NCBI RefSeq assembly: GCF_009914755.1
Contig: NC_060948.1
Strand: one strand, 5' to 3'
Origin: the human T2T-CHM13v2.0 reference genome, Homo sapiens
Length of the DNA: 64,000 nucleotides
This document shows positions 28,191 to 47,324 of this stretch, one piece after another. The position numbers were made by a program, and so were the translations under genes. The notes under the pieces are model-generated. The model had not been told where the DNA came from, ran no database searches, and saw only the letters and a list, made by a program, of their open reading frames with translations. How positions within the stretch are numbered: the stretch's first letter is position 1; each line of letters opens with the position of its first letter.

Positions 28191-29640
28191 TTCCACATCC
28201 TTTACTTACAAAAGAACGAGGGGCCACCTGTTCTTTCTGGCTACTTCCTGCTGATAGGGGGGTGGGGCTGAGAGTTTTTTTGATCTTGGATCCACTGCAG
28301 GAGAAACACCGTCTGTAGATATTGTTGGGTAGTTGTCTGTGAAATGGCTATGATTCTGTTGATTAAAAATTTTTGGAAAAGTTTATCGAGGCCGGGTAAG
28401 AACTCTAATCCTAGGCTTTTCAGCAGCGTTTCATATTAGGCTTGATTTGTTGAGACAGAAGCAACATTTCCCTCCAGGCAGAGGCACATGTTTGGAAAGA
28501 CCCATGTGTTATTGTTTTATTAGTAACTGTTATATCTGCTATGATGATAATAATTAAACAAAATGCTACAGTAATTGAGATTCTTTGTTCTATATTTCAC
28601 CCTTAGGGTGCTACAATATGTAGTCCTACTGCAAATAGGAGAGTGAGGAAAGCAATTCCCATAAGGTTGGCATAGTAAATAACTTTCGTTAAAAAACAAC
28701 AACAACAAAAAAGCTTTAATATCTGGCTTAAAGGACAGGTAGGAATGACAAAAAGTATTAGGTAAAGTAGGGTCGAGATTAAGATGAGTAATTTTGACGT
28801 ACTTATATTTTATGATTTTCAGGTTAAGATTTCTTATTTTTTTACACTGATATTTAGGACGTTTTTCTGGCTACTAGGGTTTATTTTCTCAGCTCTTTAA
28901 GCTTCGGCTTGAGTGTGTAGTATCTAGGAGTTGATTTCTGTAATGGATATAATTTAAACTGTAGAAAATAGTAAAAATTGAAAAACATTTGGCAGACTAG
29001 AATTTAAGAACAGGTGTGCTATAGTTTTTGAAACATAATTTTCTTTCTTCAACTTTCCATTTTTATTAAAAGAAAAATCATGGTAGGACTGCTTTCCTTT
29101 ATTGTACTTGGCTTAATTAGTTGTATACAGTGCAGCAAGAATAATTATTTGCTACACAGGCCTTTTAACTAAGCTTTGACGGAAGTTTGTGTTATAGAAG
29201 GAATTTGAGATCAGATTTTTTAAAGCCAAGCCCAGCCATGGATTTGTATCCTTAAATACCTGTGAATTGGGTGAATTCCTCTCCTCTTGAAGTTTTAACA
29301 TAACTTGCCTTTCCTGGCCTGTCTGAAAGTGACATTCCTTACTTGCCACAGATCAGAAGCCCTATACCAGGGCTGTGTACACAAATATGAGGCCAGATTT
29401 CCAAGGGCTTTATTGGTTACATAAGTTTGATTCCTTAAAGGAGAGCATACCATTCCTGTCCAAACCTTGGTAAAATAACCACTTTTTCCAATTGTGTTTT
29501 GTTACAAAAGAAAATAGATTCATATTGCACTGATGCAAACAACTATATTGTGGTAGTTTAAGAATACTTATAACTAGTATTCAAATTCTAGAGAAACTAA
29601 GGAGAGAAACAAACACACTTTAATTTCCACTTACTGAAGT
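28191..29640 (-). mobile_element. ERV1 internal sequence (MER4 group), 3' part only
   Basis: Abuts the LTR through a PPT; typical MER4-group text (GAAAGTGACATTC, CCTTGGTAAAATAACCA); ends just before the L1. Confidence 0.75.
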
Positions 29641-29729
29641 ACACTTTTTTTAGTTGTATGATTCCATATTTTTTTTTTTAGTTTCTTAAAGAAAGCCTAC
29701 CTTTTATTCTGCCATTTTATACAAGAGTC

Positions 29730-31800
29730 TTTCTTTTTTTCTTTTTAATACTTTAAGTTTTAGGGTACATGTGCACAACATGTAGGTTTGTTACATATGT
29801 ATACATGAGCAATGTTGGTGTGCTGCACCTATTAACTCATCATTTAACATTAGGTGTATCTCCTAATGCTATCCCTCCCCCATCCCCACACACTACAACA
29901 GTCCCCGGGGTGTGATGTTCCCATTCCTATGTCCATGTGTTTTCATTGTTCAATTCCCACCTATGCATGAGAACATGCAGTGTTTGTTTTTTGTCCTTGC
30001 GATAGTTTGCTGAGAATGATGGTTTCCAGCTTCATCCCTGTCCCTACAAAGGATATGAATTCATCATTTTTTATGGCTGCATAGTATTCCATGGTGTATA
30101 TGTGCCACATTTTCTTAATCCAGTCTATCATTGTTGGACATTTGGGTTGGTTCCAAGTCTTTGCTATTGTGAATAGTGACACAATAAGCATACGTGTGCA
30201 TGTGTCTTTATAGCAGCATGTTTTATAGTCCTCTGGGTATATACCAAGTAATGGGATTGCTGGGTCAAATGGTATTTCTAGTTCTAGATCCCTGAGGAAT
30301 CGCCACATGGACTTCCACAGTGGTTGAACCAGTTTACAGTCACACCAACAGTGTAAAAGTGTTTCTATTTCTCCACAACCTCTCCAGCACCTGTTGTTTC
30401 CTGACTTTTTAATGATCGCCATTCTAACTGGTGTGAGATGGTATCTCAGTGTGGTTTTGATTTGCATTGCTCTGATGGCCAGTGATGATGAGCATTTTTT
30501 CATGTGTCTTTTGGCCGCATAAATATCTTCTTTTGAGAAGTGTTTGTTCATATCCTTTGCCCACTTTTTGATGGGGTTGTTTGTTTTTTTCTTGTAAATT
30601 TGATTGAGTTCATTGTAGATTCTGGATATTAGCCCTTTGTCAGATGAGTAGATTGCAAAAATTTTCTCCCATTCTGTAGGTTGCCTGTTCAATCTGATGG
30701 TAGTATCTTTTGCTGTGCAGAAGCTCTTTAGTTTAACTAGATCCCATTTGTCAATTTTGGCTTCTGTTGCCATTGCTTTTGGTGTTTTAGACATGAAGTC
30801 CTTGCACATGCCTATGTCCTGAATGGTATTGCCTAGGTTTTCTTTTAGGGCTTTTATGGTTTTAGGTCTAACATTTAAGTCTTTAATCCATCTTGAATTA
30901 ATTTTTGTATAAGGTGTAAGGAAGGGATGCAGTTTCAGCTTTCTACATATGGCTAGCCAGTTACCCAGCACCATTTATTAAATAGGGAATCCTTTTACCA
31001 TTGCTTGTTTTTGTCAGGTTTGTCAAAGACCAGATAGTTGTAGATATGCAGCATTATTTCTGAGGGCTCCGTTCTGTTCCATTGGTCTATATCGCTGTTT
31101 TGGTACCAGTAGCGTGCTCTTTTAATTACTGTAGCCTTGTAATATAGTTTGAAGTCAGGTGGGGTTATGCCTCCAGTTTTGTTCTTTTGGCTTAGGATTG
31201 ACTTGGCAATGCAGGCTCTTTTTTGGTTCCATATGAACTTTAAAGTAGTTTTTTCCAATTCTGTGAAGAAAGTCATTGGTAGCTTGATGGGGATGGCATT
31301 GAATCTATAAATTATCTTGGGCAGTATGACCATTTTCACAATATTACTTCTTCTTATCCATGAGCATGGAATGTTCTTCCATTTGTTTGTATCCTCTTTT
31401 ATTTCATTGAGCAGTGATTTGTAGTTCTCCTTGAAGAGGTCCTTCACATCCCTCTTAAGTTGGATTCTTAGGTATTTTATTCTCTTTGAAGCAATTGTGA
31501 ATGGGAGTTCACTCAGGATTTGGCTGTCTGTTTCTCTGTTTTTGGTGTTTAAGAATGTTTGTGATTTTTGCACATTTAGTTTGTATCCTGAGACTTTGCT
31601 GAAGTTACTTATCAGCTTAAGGAGATTTTGGGCTGAGACGATGGGGTTTTGTAGATATACAATCATGTCATCTGCAAACAGGGACAATTTGACTTCCTCT
31701 TTTCCTAACTGAATACCCTTTATTTCCTTCTCCTGCCTGATTTCCCTGGCCAGAACTTCCAAAACTATGTTGAATACGAGTGGTTAGAGAGGGCATCCCC
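29730..31800 (-). mobile_element. 5'-truncated L1PA4-like element (ORF2 RT C-terminal part and 3' UTR)
   Basis: ORFs 30995-31762 (LFADDMIVY) and 29961-30974 are L1 ORF2 split by a disruption; 3' UTR and T-tract at 29730-29960; no TSD seen. Confidence 0.95.
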
Positions 31801-31960
31801 ATCTCTTTGTCTCTTTCTCTCTGGTTCTCTCTCTCTCTCTCTCTGTTTCTCTCTCTCTCTGTTTCCCTCTCTTTCTGTTTCTGTTTCCCTCTCTGTTTCT
31901 CTGTTTGCTTCTCTCTCTGTGTTTCTCTCTCTCCATTTCTCTCTCTCTGTCTTTCTCCTG
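31801..31960. repeat. CT-rich low-complexity tract
   Basis: TCTC/TCTG/TTTC units directly abutting the L1 truncation point. Confidence 0.9.
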
Positions 31961-34700
31961 CTTCATGTTATATGCTAGCAAAATGATGATGCAAGGATAG
32001 AAGTTATCTAAAGACAGATATTGCCTGTTTGAAAAGCCCAACCAAAAAATAAACTAACACTGATTTTTTAAAAAGCCATATATAGCATGAGGAATGAGGA
32101 CATCTTGTTTTTGTTATTACTGCTGTTTCATTCAAGAAAAGGAAAACTAGGACAAAATTTATTCCTATGTATACAGGTAACAGCAGCTCAACACAATCAA
32201 TGGATATCTACACTGATTTGAGTGAAAAATGCAGGACCCCATTTAAATGGAAATATGTTATTTTAAAATCAAAAAAGCTAAAGTTTTAAGCATTCCAATT
32301 CACAATGTGAATTGTGTCTTTTTTATATAAAATGAGATAATGTAAGTAAGACACGTGTTTTAATTGTTATTGCTACTGAGGTTATCATCACTGTTCTTGT
32401 TAATGCTACTTTTAATTTTCTAATTGCTATTACTACTGAGATTATCATCACTGTTCTTTTTAATATTACTTAATTTTAATTTTCCTGTATAGGCCTTAGT
32501 CTAACACTTTTTTACCAAATGCTTGTTTGGCAAAACTATTTTTTTTTTTTTTAGGTAATGAGTATAAAAGTTAGTGTATCAATAATGCTGCCTAATTATC
32601 CATACCAAAACTTGGTGGCATTTTATAGTAAGCATGTATTTTTTGCCTTTGTAATTGCAGATGAAGAGGGATTTTTTACTCTTCTAGGCTTAGTTGGACT
32701 TGGTTTTGTCTCAGTGCACTCTAATGTGTTCTCTTTAAACGTAAAGCTAAGTTATTTTCTACTTGTAAAGAAAAGCAGGAAGGCAAGAGGGTGAGTTCAA
32801 TTGCCAAACACATTTCACGACCTTCCTTGTTTCCCACGTCTGAGCATCCCATTGGCCCCTACCAGGAAGCAAGGAGCAGGAAAGCAGAATTCTGCCATGG
32901 AAAGTATGAATATGTGCTAAGCAATAGGACTATTAATTTTAAATAATAAGCTGTCAGGTGGTTTTTATTCTGTGAAGAATTAGATTGCAAGTGACTTGTA
33001 CATGTTACCTTTCTACATGTACACCCAGAAAGCTTTATCCTTTGCTCCTGATTTTAAGGGTGTTCAATTGTCATGTCTTTTTCTCACTTCCACTGGCTGT
33101 ATTCCTCCACTCTTCTAACCATCCTCCTACTTATTTTAGAATCAAAGTGAATTATGTCTTGCCAGTCAGAGTTTATTAATCTTGGATCCTGCAAATATAA
33201 AGATTGTTATACATCTTCCTAGTTCTTTTGGTATTATTATTATTATTGGAAAATGTATACCTTTTTTAAAATAACTAAAATGAAATAATTTTGTAACATA
33301 ATCCATTTTACAATGAGAAATTCCCTCTCAAACACATGCACACATAAATATTCTACATGGCAAATTTATTATAATTCAAATTAACATGAAATATTAAATT
33401 TAATTTACATGGTTATTAGGGATTATGTTTTGTCAAATACAAGGTAAGTTGAAATGTTAAGATTTTTTCTCTTTTTGTCACAAAATTGCCAAACACACGT
33501 GCCAAAGTATTAACACACAGTATCATACATATGAGATTCCATTTAACAAATTTTGACATTAATTCATTGTTTGATTCAAAAATTTCTTCCTATTTTAATA
33601 AAGATACACATTGGAACTTTATCTGTTCTGCACCTTTTTAAGGCTTCTTTTAATAATGAACTTAAAAATTAAATTTTTAGGTGGAGCCAAGATGGCCGAA
33701 TAGGAAAAGCTCCATTCTACAGCTCCCAGAATGAATGAAGCAGAAGGCGGATGATTTCTGCATTTCCAACTAAGGTACTGGGTTCATCTCACTGGGGAGT
33801 GTCAGACAGTGGGTGCAGGATGGTGGGTGCAGCGCACCGAGCATGAGCTGAAGCAGGATGAGGCATCACCTCACCCAGGAAGCACAAGGGGTCAGGGAAT
33901 TCCCTTTCCTAGTCAAAGAAAGGGGTGACAGATGGCACCTGGAAAATCAGGTCACTCCCACCCTAATACTGCACTTTTCTAGCAGTCTTAGCAAATGGCA
34001 TACCAGGAGGTTATATCCTGTGCCTGGCTCAGAGGGTCCTATGCCCATGGAGCCTCATTCATTGCTAGCCCAGCAGTCTGAGATCAAACTGCAAGGCAGC
34101 AGCGAGGCGGGGGGAGGGGCACCCACGATTGCTGAGGCTTGAGTAGGTAAACAAAACAGCCAGGAAGCTTGAATTGGATGGAGCCCACTGCAGCTCAAGG
34201 AGGCCTGCCTGCTTCTGTAGACTCCACCTCTGGGGGCAGGGCATAGCCAAACAAAAGGCAGCAGAAAACCCTGCAGAATTAAATGTCCCTGTCTGACAGA
34301 TTTGAAGACAGCAGTGGTTCTCTCAGCATGCAGCTGGGTATCTGAGAATGGACAGACTGCCTCCTCAAGTGGGTCCCTGACCCCTGAGTAGCCTAAATGG
34401 GAGGCACCCCCCAGTAGGGGCAGACTGACACCTCACATGCCCGGGTTCTCCTCTGATACAAAACTTCCAGAAGAACATCAGGCAGCAACATTTGCTGTGC
34501 ACCAATATCTGCTGTTCTGCAGCCTCTGCTGCTGATACCCAGGCAAACGGGGTCTGGAGTGGACCTCCAGGAAACTCCAACATACCTGCAGCTGAGGATC
34601 CTGACTGTTAGAAGAACTCACAAACAGAAAGGACATCCACACCAAAACTCCATCTGTATGTCACCATTATCAAAGACCAAAGGAAGATAAAACCACAAAG

Positions 34701-35706
34701 ATGGGGAAAAAACAGAGCAGAAAAACTGGAAACTCTAAAAATCAGAGTGCCTCTCCTCCTCCAAAGGAACGCAGCTCCTCACAAGCAATGCAACAAAGCT
34801 GGATGGAGAATGACTTTGATGAGCTGAAAGAAGGCTTCACATGATCAAACTACTCCATGCTAAAGGAGGAAGTTCAAACCTACGGCAAAGAAGTTAAAAA
34901 TGTTGAAAAGAAATTAGACAAATGGCTAACTAGAATAACCAATGCAGAGAAGTCCTTAAAGGACCTGATGGAGCTGAAAATCACGGCACGAGAACAATGT
35001 GATGAATGCACAAGCCTTAGTAGCTGATTCGTGCAACTGGAAGAAAGGGTATCAGTGATGGAAGATCAAATTAATGAAATGAAGTGAGAAGAGAAGTTTA
35101 GAGAAAAAAGAATAAAAAGAAACCAACAAAGCCTCCAAGAATTATGGGAGTATGTGAAAAGACCAAATCTATGTCTGACAGGTGTACCTGAAAGTGACGG
35201 GGAGAATGGAACCAAGTTGGAAAACACTCTGCAGGATATTATCCAGGGGAACTTCACCAATCTAGCAAGGCAGTCCAACATTCAAATTCAGGAAATACAG
35301 AGAATTCCACGAAGATACCCCTCGAGAAAAGCAACTCCAAGACACATAATTGTCAGACTCACCAAAGTTGAAATGAAGGAAAAAAGGTTAAGGGCAGCCA
35401 GAGAGAAAGGTCAGGTTACCCACAAAGGGAAGCCCATCAGACTAACAGCTGATGTCTTGGCAGAAACTCTACAAGCCAGAAGATAGTGGGGGTCAATGTT
35501 CAACATTCTTAAAGAAAAGAATTTTCAACACAGAATTTCATATCCAAACTAAGCTTCATAAATGAAGGAGAAATAAAGTCCTTTACACACAAGCAAATGC
35601 TGATTTTGTCACCACCAGGCCTGCCCTAAAAGAGCTCCTGAAGGAAGCCCTAAACCTGGAAAGGAACAACTAGTACCAGCCATGGCAAAAACATGCCAAA
35701 TTGTAA
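34701..35706 (+). pseudogene. L1 ORF1p, disrupted
   Basis: ATGGGGAAAAAACAGAGC start; fragment KRPNL...GVPESDGENGTKLENTLQDIIQ; several stops and frameshifts. Confidence 0.95.
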
Positions 35707-35769
35707 AGACCATTGAGGCTAGGAAGAGACTGCATCAACTAATGAACAAAATAACCAGCTAACATCATA

Positions 35770-39585
<3,816 letters not shown>

Positions 39586-39941
39586 ACAATGAGAACACAT
39601 GGACACAGGAAGGGGAACATGACACACTGGGGCCTGTTGTTGGGTGTGGGGAGTGGTAAGGGATAGCATTAGGAGATATACCTAATGTTAAATGACGAGT
39701 TAATGGGTGCAGCAAACAAAAATGGTGCATGTATATATATGGAACAAATCTGCACATTGTGCACATGTATCCTAAAACTTAAATATAAAGAAAAAAAATT
39801 AAATGTTTATTTTTAATATTATTGCTGGCATAGTCTCATTTTTATAAATAGGTGTCCTGTTCTTTAAATGATGATGTATGATACACAGGGAGCAGGATAA
39901 CCTAGAGCTTTTACATTTTATTTTATATATATTTCATATAT

Positions 39942-40227
39942 ATTTTTGAGACAGGGTCTCACTGGGTCACCCAGGCAGGAGTGCAGTGGCACAATCTCAG
40001 CTCACTGCAATCTCCTCCTTTGGGTTCAAGTGATTCTTCTTTCTCAGCCTCCTGAATAGTTGGACCAAAGACATTGACCACCATGCCCAGCTAATTTTTG
40101 TATTTGTAGTAGAAATGGGGTTTTGCCATATTACCCAGGCTGGGCTTGAACTCCTGACCTCAAGTGATCCACCCGACTCAGCCTCACAAAGTGCTTGGAT
40201 TACAGATGTGAGCCATCGCGCCTGGTG
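39942..40227 (-). mobile_element. Alu (AluS/J)
   Basis: TGAGACAGGGTCTCAC...GAACTCCTGACCTCAAGTGATCCACCC. Confidence 0.9.
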
Positions 40228-40857
40228 TTTTGCTAATTTTGTTTTGATCTTATGTATAGTTGCTTGCAGCAAAAGAGCCAGTAATTAATCAACACATCAT
40301 AGATATACACAACTAAATTTCCAAGAGGAATATGTTTCCAAGATCAAGTAAGTTACTATGGAAACTTATTAACAAAGTCCTCATTCAAGAGGATTGCAGA
40401 AACTGAACTATGCTCATCGAGATTAGTGTCATAATGTGGTACAAAGACACTGAATAAGATTATATGATTAACGTTTTGTTGCAGTTGCAGGTCGACTTTC
40501 ATTGCTTAAACCACCTACAGTGCCCCACTCAAACTTGAATGGAAGTGAGGCAGTCAGAATTTGGAGGAAGGCCCAGCAAGAACAATCAGAGCCCAAGGAC
40601 AGAATCCTGGATTTGCCTATGGTGCTTTATGATCTTTCACAAGGTAACTGTGAAATGATCAGTGTAGACAGCATATCTTCTGTCATAAATTAGATATTTC
40701 AACCAAATTTATTCTCTTAAATTTATCTGTCCTTACTCTAAATAGTTAAATCCACTATATTGAAGATTTAAAGTTGAATCCAAAGAGTCTTTAATGTTAC
40801 AAAGAAATATGAAGTTACCTTAAGTTAAAATTGTTTACTGGATATTAAAATAACTAT

Positions 40858-41195
<338 letters not shown>

Positions 41196-43904
41196 TTAAT
41201 GTTGACATAAATAATGTTATCTCAGGATTATATTTTAATGTGTGCTTCAATAATGATCTCTCCATTGGAAGCCTCTAGGAGAGAAGGAATCATTGAGTTT
41301 CAATCACACAAATATTTCCAGAGACAGACACACATTTGCTTTGAAAAGTGTGCTTTTTTACAGTTTTCACTGGAGGTAATGAATATCTGACAGTAAAGAA
41401 CAACTTTTGTAATTCCTAAATACCTGACTAGTAGTATCATTTTTATATATAATATATTTATTTTCATTCATCAGGAATTAATCATGCACCTACCTTAATA
41501 CCAACCCAGCAAAGTTAAAATCATACGGTACCTAAAAATATAAACAGTATTCTACTTAAGTAGAACTTGCTATCATGCTGATGTTGGGTTTCCATCTATT
41601 CCTCTGAAACAACAAAGAGGTTATTGCTTTCAACATATGCAGTTGCTAGTTTCTGTTACCATTGTTAAAAAAGGACTCATTTGACAATTTTTTGATACTT
41701 TCTAAACTAGAAAGCTTATTAGTTTTACTTTACACCACCATACAGCACATATTGCTACTAAATAAATGATTTGTCACCAAATAATGGAATCTGTAATTTG
41801 TAGGAAGAACAGAAACCTAGGCTCCAGGTATCCCAAAGTAGAAATCCTCCTAGGAGGTATAGTAATTTGGAGCTCTGCCATAGTTGATTAGTGATGAAGA
41901 GATCCATAAAGCTTTGTGGGAGGTACTGCATCTGTGACATTGTGTCTAGCAAGAATAAGGGATACTCAAGATACATGCTAGTTTCACTTATTTCAGTTTA
42001 TACCCATGAATCAATGACACAACTCTTCAAAATGTGGTGGATCAGCTACACACAAGACAGGAAGAATAAGATATGACTGGATACTCTGTTTCACACATTA
42101 TGGATTTAATCCTCAAACACATCCAAATGAATACAGTTGGAATAATGGCTATCCACTTCTGGGTAAAATAAAACGCATTGTAAACCTTAGCTTTTTAGTT
42201 AAAACGTAAGTATAGTATTAACCATTTTTGTTCATTCCATCTTTTAACTTCATTGCAATGAAGAGAATAGTGGATGACATACAGACCATCAGTTTCCTGC
42301 ATTTTGAGTAAAATTATAAAGGATGATTTATTGCACTTTCTTGGAGAAGCAAATTAATTTTCACAACTTTTCTAGGTTTCTCATTGCCAGCTGATCACTT
42401 CTTATAAAGAAATAGAAGACAGTTCTGCTCTATTTAAAAAGGACATTATCAATTGGTCTCAATTTTTGTCTTCTGTTTTAACTGAAGCCTTATTCAAGGA
42501 TATTCAAGATATGCATTGTCTGTTTTTGTTTTGTTTTGTTTAAGTAGGAACTATGGAGCCAGAAAAAGGTGCCTTGCTGATGAGTTAAAGTTAACAGAGG
42601 CTATACTGGTCTTACGGAAGATCCAGGGGGCAGATTGGCCAGGAAAGAAGGGCCATGGTCATGAGCCATTAAAGTGTTCCCCTCAGGGTGCATTAATAAC
42701 AGCCGAGGCATTAGAGGGATTCCCTCTAGAGTCATCAGTTTTGATTATTTAAGTCTTTTTCCCCCTGTTGACATATAGACAGACACAAAGCTAGGGAACC
42801 AGTAACTCTACTCTAGTTACTGTAGGTGCTGGTGTAAAATCACAAGTCTCCAAAGCCACTTGTAAATACAGGACCCATCTGACTAAAGAGTGTTCCTCTT
42901 GGGAAATACGCTGTATTATCAAAAGGAGGAATTTTGTGAATTGATACTACAGTTTAAACTCAGTGTACTGGTTCTTCTGAAGTTCTTATAATTATAGATT
43001 GAAGTGATGATGGTTTGTTTTATTCTAACTCATTGAAGGTCCAGTTATTCCCTTCTACCACCCCCAAAAATGTATCCTAAAAACTGAAACAAAGTGATAG
43101 TACTGTTTTGGAAAAGCCCATCCCACACCAAGATTTATTTTGACAAAAATAGTTTCAGTGATTCCTCACTGATGGCAATCAAAGTATCGGCTGTAATTTT
43201 GTAAAGATTTATGAAGTTCCAATTAGATCCATCACTGCAGTTAGAAAAGCAGTCTCATCTACATTGTTGGAAAAAAAAGCAGTCTCATCTACATTTCTAG
43301 AAAGGGGAGATGGCTGGTAAGGTCCAATTGGAAAAGCATTCAGAAGACAAGAAGGTGAATTAGCAAAGTGGAAAGAGATGTTGAATGAAAAATATGCAAA
43401 TTTTTTATGACAAACTGCTTGTAAATCGTAGGTTATGTATAATTTGAAACATAGAAGATTGATGGCCCTACATCAAACTTAGTGCCAGAGTAAAACAAAA
43501 GGAGACGTGTGCCACTGTGGTCTTTCCTGAAATACAAAGTTCCAAAAATAAATAAATAAATAAACAAACAAACATAGAAATAATAAACTGAGAGGCTGAG
43601 AGTGAATAAGGGATTGATGGTCAATAAGACTATCTGGAAGTCACCAAAGAAATAAGACCATAAACAAAAAATGGACCATGTTTAAAAAGCTTCAGGAACA
43701 TGATCAGGTCATGCCATATGGTGCAAGTTGGGTTTGACTGGTTCAGTTGAAGCCAGAACCTACAAATAATGTATGGATAACAGAGATCCACTTCCATTTA
43801 CACTTACTGCATAGCACAAATTTTGGCTTTCTTATTTAATGAAATAATGCAGTAACCGAGTTCATGCTGATGACAAGCTTTATCTTTAGCTTTTTGTGAC
43901 ACCT

Positions 43905-43970
43905 CCCTTCCTCCCTCCCTCCCTCCCTTCCTTCCTTCCCTTTCTTCCTTCCTTCATTCCCTCCTTCTTT
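43905..43970. repeat. (CCTT/CCCT)n simple repeat
   Basis: Direct reading. Confidence 0.85.
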
Positions 43971-46142
43971 GCTCATTTTTAACGAGAAGTCCAATTGAAC
44001 CATGGCTTGTGCTTTTTTGACCTAATTTACAGGCTTTAACATGTTACTGATTGGACCATAATGTCAGGTAGCTAAGGAAAGGCAGTGAATAATTCAATTT
44101 GATTTAGTTTGTCTTTGATTTGAAACTTAAGGCCATGAAATGGTATCATCTCCAGCACCCTGAGTAGGAATAGTTCCATCACAGAAATAGATGATAATTA
44201 ATTTATTTAACCACTCAGTTTTGAAGTCTTCAAGAACTTAGTTGAAATAAAGATGGTGAAGTCTCCCAATAAAATGAGCTGAGACTTTAAGATCAAGCGG
44301 AGGTAAGGCACTAAAAATGTTGAATTGGTAAAGCTGATGTTGTGTTACTAATTTTCTCTGAGAAAATGACATGGAGCAAGATTTGAGACCATCAAAAAAC
44401 AAACTAAAAAAGGTACTTAATTGAATTTAAAAGAAGTTAGATGACTTCAAATTGATTTGAAGATATTTTAAAATCTATGTCTGATTTCACAAAATTAAAT
44501 TAGATGTTTTATAATAAAATAAACTTGTTTTGAGTTTTAAAGTCACACAACCATACCCACACATTATTTTTGTTAATTAATGGAAAAGAACATAAGTTCT
44601 ACCTATTGACATAGTGGCAAAATAATAAAAAGGAACACACAACTCAAATATTTCTACACACACACATATGCATTCTAAGTGACATACAGGGTTACTTCTA
44701 TGTAAATTGCAAAAAATATTTCAGTCTTGTGTATTTTTCTTCTCTTTAAAAATAAAGAAAAAAACACAGGCAGAATAAGAACTAACCAACATGAAATAAA
44801 CATTTTTTTGACAGAAGTGGAGAATAAGTCTGGACCATGTCACTGGGAAATCCATGAGGGATAAACTTGATTATATGTAACATGCTAAGAGATATGTCTT
44901 AAAGCAGTATTTGCAAAGTAAGCACAGTGTTTTCACTTACTTTACATGTGACACATTGGGCCGGTAGTGTGAGGAGAGCCACTGCTTGTCCCTTCACTGA
45001 TCCTCAGTCACAGGCTATGACGGTGGTATTGAAAATTAGACAATAGGTCTGACATAGAACATTCAGATTGAGTGCAAGATAATACACATTTGCAGATATC
45101 AAGCTGAGTGCAAAGGTTCCACATTTGCAGCGACTATTGTTTTTTTGAAAAAAAGTTTTTATATGCCGGGAGCAGTAAGCTATACTATTACAGATCTGAG
45201 ACATCTGGAGAGGGCAACTCATTATATGCTGCAAGTCTTGACAACTGGAACTTAAACGGTAGCTCATGCAAACATTCCCCTATGGTGACTATGGTTACCA
45301 ATACTATACTGTATACTTAAAAAACTTGCTCGGAGAGTGGATCTTTATTGTTCTCCCCCAAAACAAACAAACAAACAAACAAAAAACACCCTAAACAGAT
45401 AGCAAACACAATGAAATTATCTTAAAGCGTACTAGAAATAAATGACAAATTTCCCATACATGAATGGCATTTACACTAGCAAGAAGTTTCTAAAAAGCAA
45501 CAATTAAACATAAAGAAGTAGGGTTTTTTCAAGCCATGATCTAAAATAATATATATTTTTAAAAACTATCATTAAAGTGTGAGTGTAAAATGAAGATACT
45601 TTATGATATACCAAACTTGAAAGGTTATAGTACAGTTTGTTTGCTGAAATAATTTCTTAAGGTTAAGTTTCAGGAAAGAAGAAATTTCACACAAAGGGAA
45701 AATTTAAGAAGTAAGATGAGTAAAGAAATTAATAAAGAAGAACATATCCCTAAGCTAGCAATAACAATGTAAACAATAACACTAACAATGAGTAATTAAG
45801 CATATAGGTAAGGTGTACCTAAAATTCTGAACAATATGATTAGAATTTAATTACAATTTAATTGACAGAGTTTATGAGAACAAACAAAATTGTGAGCCAT
45901 ATAAAAATGAATGTAGTAAAAAAAAACCCAAAAATTTTCAAGGAAAAGTACTAAATTTTATTGAAAGGCATAATAAATGAAAGCCAAAAAAACATAAGAA
46001 GTGTGCCAGGCCATTGTTAAAAAAATCTTCACATGATAAGACGTCTCTTTTTATATTAATGTATAAATTCAGGCAATAATAATAAAAATTACAGCAAGAT
46101 GCTTCATGCACATTGACAACCTGATTCTAAATATGGAATTGA

Positions 46143-46551
<409 letters not shown>

Positions 46552-46935
46552 GAGGACTCTGTTTAATAGTGAACACTTTTATACAGCTATTTCTAAATAT
46601 TATAGTAGGGAAAAATCTATTGCAAATAGAAGTAACCTAGAAAAATACACTATTATGACAGAATTACAGTCTAAACAATGCTGAAGTAATACACTACTCA
46701 ATAATAGCCTAAGAAAAAAACTGAAGGCAAATTGGCTAAACACATTTGTTAATGACATATAAAAATAAACCTTTATGTCATGGTATACACAAGACTAAAT
46801 GGATGATGATTTTAAAAATACTTGTGAAAACCAAAGCTGCCAAATTGCTAGAAGAAAATATTAGAGAATAATTTATAGTATCAGAAAAATACTGTTAATA
46901 GCACCTAAAAGGCTTTCATAAAAAATAAAAATCTT

Positions 46936-47324
<389 letters not shown>

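Noticed and set aside
29961-30974. 337-aa ORF as a novel gene
   Set aside because: C-terminal L1 ORF2 of a truncated element.
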